Source: Myxococcales bacterium | Lineage (GTDB): Bacteria; Myxococcota_A; Polyangia; Polyangiales; Ga0077539 | Reading direction: 5' to 3' | Length of the DNA: 64,000 nt | NCBI GenBank assembly: GCA_016792845.1 | Contig: JAEUKH010000018.1 | Location: 10,984-74,983 of the forward strand | In this document: piece after piece, positions 60,792 to 64,000 of the stretch | Layout: every line of letters begins with the position of its first letter | Numbering within the stretch: the first letter of the stretch is position 1 | Program-made: the position numbers and the translations under genes | The notes under the pieces: generated by a model | Seen by the model: the letters and a program-made list of their open reading frames with translations, nothing else | Told to the model about the DNA's origin: nothing | The model's database searches: none

Positions 60792-62606
60792 CTAGTTCGG
60801 CGCCTTCACGCATCGAAAACCGGTGTGTTCTGTGCCGCTCGCCCGCTCTTCGGTGCCGTGGATGACGTAGTCTTCGAGGTCATCGTGCGGGACCCCGAAG
60901 TAGCCGCCCATGGCGTGCTGAAAGGGCTCGTGTTGGGTGGCGTCGACCCACTCGTTGACGTTGCCGAGCGCGTGGCGATACCCGTCGTTTTCGTCAGTCG
61001 GGAGTGCGATCGGGGTGTCAGCGCGGCTGAGGAGTTGCAGCTCGGGGGTGAAGCCGCGCGCCCACGGAGGGAGGCCCGAAGCGTCGACGCCGAGGGCCTG
61101 AGCCCACTCGGCACGGGTCGGGAGTCTCGCGTCGAGCCGCGCGCACCACGCCGCGGCTTCGGCGTGCCCGATCTTGACCACCGGGAGCTGTGACTCGGCC
61201 TCACCCAGCGATTCTCGCGCGACCAAGAGGTTATATTCACCACGCGAAACCTCCATACGCTGAATATACACACCATTTCTCATCGCAAAAGGATTGCTAC
61301 GAAGCACGATGTCGCGGGGTTGCAGCGCGGGCGGTAATTCACGGGGCGCCGCGCGAGGGCCCGCCGTGGCGGTGCGCGGCGTGGTCACCGAGGGGGTTGC
61401 GGGCGCGGGTTGCGGCCGAGGCGCCCGGCGCAGAACCCAGATGACCGCCGCGGCGAGTACGAGGCCCATCGCCGCCGCCACGCCAAGGCTTGAGCGCCTC
61501 AGGCGGGCTCCCCCCGGAGGGGCTACACCGTTCGGTGTCGCGGCCCCCGACGACGCCGCCGCGACGGTCGCCTGGGCCACCACCGACAGCGGCTGAGTGG
61601 CCGCGGTCTCGCCCCCGGGCGCGCGCGCCACGGCGTCGACCACAACCCGCGGCAGCGGCGCGGTCGGCGCGAAGGGCGTCGCGCGCAACGGCTGCGTCTC
61701 GTGCGACGGCTCGGCGGCGGGCGGGGGCTCGACCGGGACGCCTGCGAGCGCGCTCTCGAAGGCGGTCACGCAGGCCGCGACGTCGACGAATCGGTCAGAC
61801 GGCTCCCATGCGATGCAGGTCGAAAACCACGCGTCGAACTGAGGCCCCGTCGGCACGCCGTAGTCGCCCGATCGCGCGGAGAACGGCGCGTTCGAGCGCG
61901 AGAGGACCTCGCGCCGCACATCCTCGGGGTGCAGCGCTTCGCCGTTCGCGGTCGGCCAGTAGTGCCGCCCCGTGACGAGGTAGAAGGCCACGAGGCCGAG
62001 GGCCCAAACGTCAGCGGCGGGGGTGACCGCGCCGACCGAGACGAGCTGTTCGGGCGCCGCGTAGGCGGGCCTGAGCGCACCCCGGGCCCCCTCACCCGCC
62101 GACGTCGCGGCGAGCGCCTCTTGGAGGCCTAGATCGAAGATCTTGAGCGTCGGCAGCGCGCCGCCCCCCTCGACGAGAAAGAGCGTCTCGGGCCGGAGGT
62201 CGCGGTGCGCGAGGCCCCGCGCGTGAAGCCCCCCGAGCGCCGCACCGAGCGACCGAAGGAGCCACTGGAGGTCGTCGCGCGCCCACCGACCCGCGCGCTG
62301 GACCCGCGACGCGACGCTCTCGCCGCGCAAGAGCTCGCGCACCTCGAAGAGCCCCGCGGTCGCGTCGCACCCTACCTCGACGAGCCGTACGCCGTGCCGC
62401 GGCCCCAGGGTCGCAGCGTGGGCCTCGACCCCCGCGCGGATCGCCGCGAGGGAGGCCGCGTCAACGCGCTGATCTGGCACGAGCCTCAGCGCGAGCCGGT
62501 CGCCCCCGCGGGGCGCCTCGACCTCGTACACGGCGCCGAGGCGGCCTTGCCCGATGGTGCGCACCACGACATATCGCCCATCGATCACCATGCCCGCACG
62601 AAGCAC
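60792..62606 (-). CDS. Ser/Thr protein kinase-like domain (VAIK Lys replaced by Arg) - TM segment - extracellular FGE-sulfatase domain fusion
   Basis: Gly-loop IGQGRLGAVYEV. Beta-3 LALRLV (Arg where the catalytic Lys is expected). HRDLRPETL catalytic loop. DLG variant of DFG. AYAAPE. TM segment LGVAAAMGLVLAAAVIWVL. C-terminal FGE-like region (HAEAAAWCARLDARLPTRAEW..., GNVNEWV). Confidence 0.7.
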   Translation of the reverse strand: MLRAGMVIDGRYVVVRTIGQGRLGAVYEVEAPRGGDRLALRLVPDQRVDAASLAAIRAGVEAHAATLGPRHGVRLVEVGCDATAGLFEVRELLRGESVASRVQRAGRWARDDLQWLLRSLGAALGGLHARGLAHRDLRPETLFLVEGGGALPTLKIFDLGLQEALAATSAGEGARGALRPAYAAPEQLVSVGAVTPAADVWALGLVAFYLVTGRHYWPTANGEALHPEDVRREVLSRSNAPFSARSGDYGVPTGPQFDAWFSTCIAWEPSDRFVDVAACVTAFESALAGVPVEPPPAAEPSHETQPLRATPFAPTAPLPRVVVDAVARAPGGETAATQPLSVVAQATVAAASSGAATPNGVAPPGGARLRRSSLGVAAAMGLVLAAAVIWVLRRAPRPQPAPATPSVTTPRTATAGPRAAPRELPPALQPRDIVLRSNPFAMRNGVYIQRMEVSRGEYNLLVARESLGEAESQLPVVKIGHAEAAAWCARLDARLPTRAEWAQALGVDASGLPPWARGFTPELQLLSRADTPIALPTDENDGYRHALGNVNEWVDATQHEPFQHAMGGYFGVPHDDLEDYVIHGTEERASGTEHTGFRCVKAPN

Positions 62607-62852
62607 ACCTTAGTCTGCCCCGCCGCGCCTCTCGACTCAACGGATTTTCGACACAGCGGTCGACCGCAAACCAATAAGAGCGGTGCCCGACGCGCGGGCG
62701 ATGGGGCCGCGCACGAGGTCAGCGGGGCGCCGCGCCGACGACGGCGCGAGGGCGCGCGGGGCGCGAGAGAGAGCAGTACACAGGGCCGTCGAATTCGACT
62801 AAGAGCACCGGCGCTTCGCGGGGCCGTTGTGGCGCCCCGGCGGGGCCCTGAG

Positions 62853-64000
62853 GTGACCGTGGCGCTTGATCTTGTGACGGTGATTGCGAACGAGCTCGGC
62901 GTACCCGAGCGCGGGGTTCGCGCGGTGGTGGCGATGCTCGTCGAGGGGGCGACGGTGCCCTTCATCGCGAGGTATCGCAAAGAGCAGACCGGCGGCCTCG
63001 ACGAGGTCGCGATCCGCACCGTTGAGGAGCGACACGGGTACCTTCGCGAGCTCGACGAGCGCAAAAAGACCATCATCGAAGAGATCGAGCGTCAGGGCAA
63101 GCTCACCCCCGCGCTCAGGGCCCAGATCGAGGCGTGCACCGTCAAGAGCGAGCTCGAAGACTTGTATCTGCCGTACAAGCCGAAGCGCCGCACCCGCGCG
63201 ATGATCGCACGCGAGAAGGGCCTTCAGCCGCTCGCCGACCGCATCGCGTCACAGCCCGAAGAGGGTGACCCCGCGGCCGAGGCGGCGGCCTTTGTGAACG
63301 CCGACAAGGGCGTCGCGACGGTGAAGGAGGCGCTCCAAGGGGCGCGCGACATCGTGGCCGAGGCGGTGGCCGAGCAGGCGCCGGTGCGGGCCATGGCGCG
63401 CGAGCTCTTCCTCAACGAGGGCGTGCTGGTGGTGAGCCGCGCGCCGGAGGTGAGCGGGCCCACGAAATTCGAGATGTATTACGAGTTTCGCGAGGCGTGC
63501 CGCACCATCCCCTCGCATCGCTTCCTCGCGGTGCGGCGCGGCGAGACCGAGAACGTGCTCCGCACCGAGGTCGAGGTCGACGTCGCGCGGGCCATCGGCC
63601 AGGCCGCGGCGCTGGCGGGGCGCAGGGCCGCGTCGCCCTTCGCGGGCGAGCTTGATCTGAGCCTCGCCGACATGTGGCGGAGGCTCCTCGCGCCGAGCGT
63701 CGAGAGCGAAGTGCGGGTCGAGATGAAGCTCCACGCCGACCGCGGGGCGGTCGACATTTTCGCGCAGAATCTACGCTCGTTGCTGCTCGCGGCGCCGCTC
63801 GGGCCGCGGCCGGTGATCGGCATCGACCCCGGGCAGCGCACGGGCTGCAAGCTCGTGGTGATCGACGCCACGGGGCGCATGATCGAGCACACGGTGCTCT
63901 ACCTCGTTCAGGGCGACGCCGCGGTGGCGCGGTCGCGCGAGACGCTCCGCGGTCTGGTGAGCCGGCACCGCCCGGTGGCCGTGGCGGTGGGCAACGGCAC
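62853..64000 (+). CDS. tex: transcription accessory protein Tex (N-terminal part; continues beyond window)
   Basis: Open frame to the window end. N-terminus ...IANELGVPERGVRAVVAMLVEGATVPFIARYRKEQTGGLDEV is the Tex signature, followed by a YqgF/RuvC-like region. Candidate GTG starts lie at 62853/62859, so the exact start is uncertain. Confidence 0.75.
   Translation, partial: MTVALDLVTVIANELGVPERGVRAVVAMLVEGATVPFIARYRKEQTGGLDEVAIRTVEERHGYLRELDERKKTIIEEIERQGKLTPALRAQIEACTVKSELEDLYLPYKPKRRTRAMIAREKGLQPLADRIASQPEEGDPAAEAAAFVNADKGVATVKEALQGARDIVAEAVAEQAPVRAMARELFLNEGVLVVSRAPEVSGPTKFEMYYEFREACRTIPSHRFLAVRRGETENVLRTEVEVDVARAIGQAAALAGRRAASPFAGELDLSLADMWRRLLAPSVESEVRVEMKLHADRGAVDIFAQNLRSLLLAAPLGPRPVIGIDPGQRTGCKLVVIDATGRMIEHTVLYLVQGDAAVARSRETLRGLVSRHRPVAVAVGNG

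Overview
This is a 64 kb, roughly 70 % GC stretch of bacterial chromosome. It is densely coding, with many GTGA/ATGA start-stop overlaps, and its gene content points to Myxococcota. I found no rRNA, tRNA, CRISPR or transposase genes by eye.

From left to right the window contains:

- The 3' end of an acyl-CoA carboxylase beta-subunit gene, then a Tat-signal FAD amine oxidase, a Wzx-like flippase and a GT2 glycosyltransferase.
- An orphan T6SS spike island in an unusual order: a DUF2169-pentapeptide fusion, a pentapeptide-repeat protein, a low-GC PAAR-like DUF4150 gene, then a truncated VgrG. A 925-aa ORF in the -1 frame follows VgrG and ends in VgrG-like C-terminal beta-strand repeats.
- A secreted RCC1-repeat protein and a TPR membrane protein.
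- Two tandem paralogous lipoproteins followed by a collagen-like (GPAGPQG)n protein with three Cys-rich C-terminal modules.
- A class A penicillin-binding protein.
- A sigma-54 enhancer-binding response regulator, a strong -24/-12 promoter match, and a CzcCBA-like heavy-metal RND efflux operon.
- A translationally coupled ABC-type (AAA_21-like) ATPase plus a small Toprim-like (DUF4276-like) protein. This is a split OLD/AbiL/PARIS-like candidate defence pair.
- An array of ten tandem 21-22 bp units, each with a GTATCT..AGATAC inverted repeat, sitting between convergent genes.
- An operon of a ClpB-like double AAA+ ATPase with a novel N-domain, an outer-membrane beta-barrel and a small protein.
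- A vWA lipoprotein diverging from a second, orphan sigma-54 regulator.
- Housekeeping genes: tdk, a fused aroK-aroB, aroC, the pilMNOPQ cluster and coaE.
- Immediately upstream of pilM, a membrane protein and a gene fusing an FHA domain, Pro/Gly-rich repeats and a CpaF-like ATPase.
- An array of four FGE (SUMF1) domain genes. The first is fused to a Ser/Thr kinase whose catalytic Lys is replaced by Arg.
- The 5' end of tex.

The most promising candidates for something new are the split VgrG and its spike island, the ATPase plus Toprim-like pair, the tandem repeat array, and the lipoprotein/collagen-like secreted cluster.
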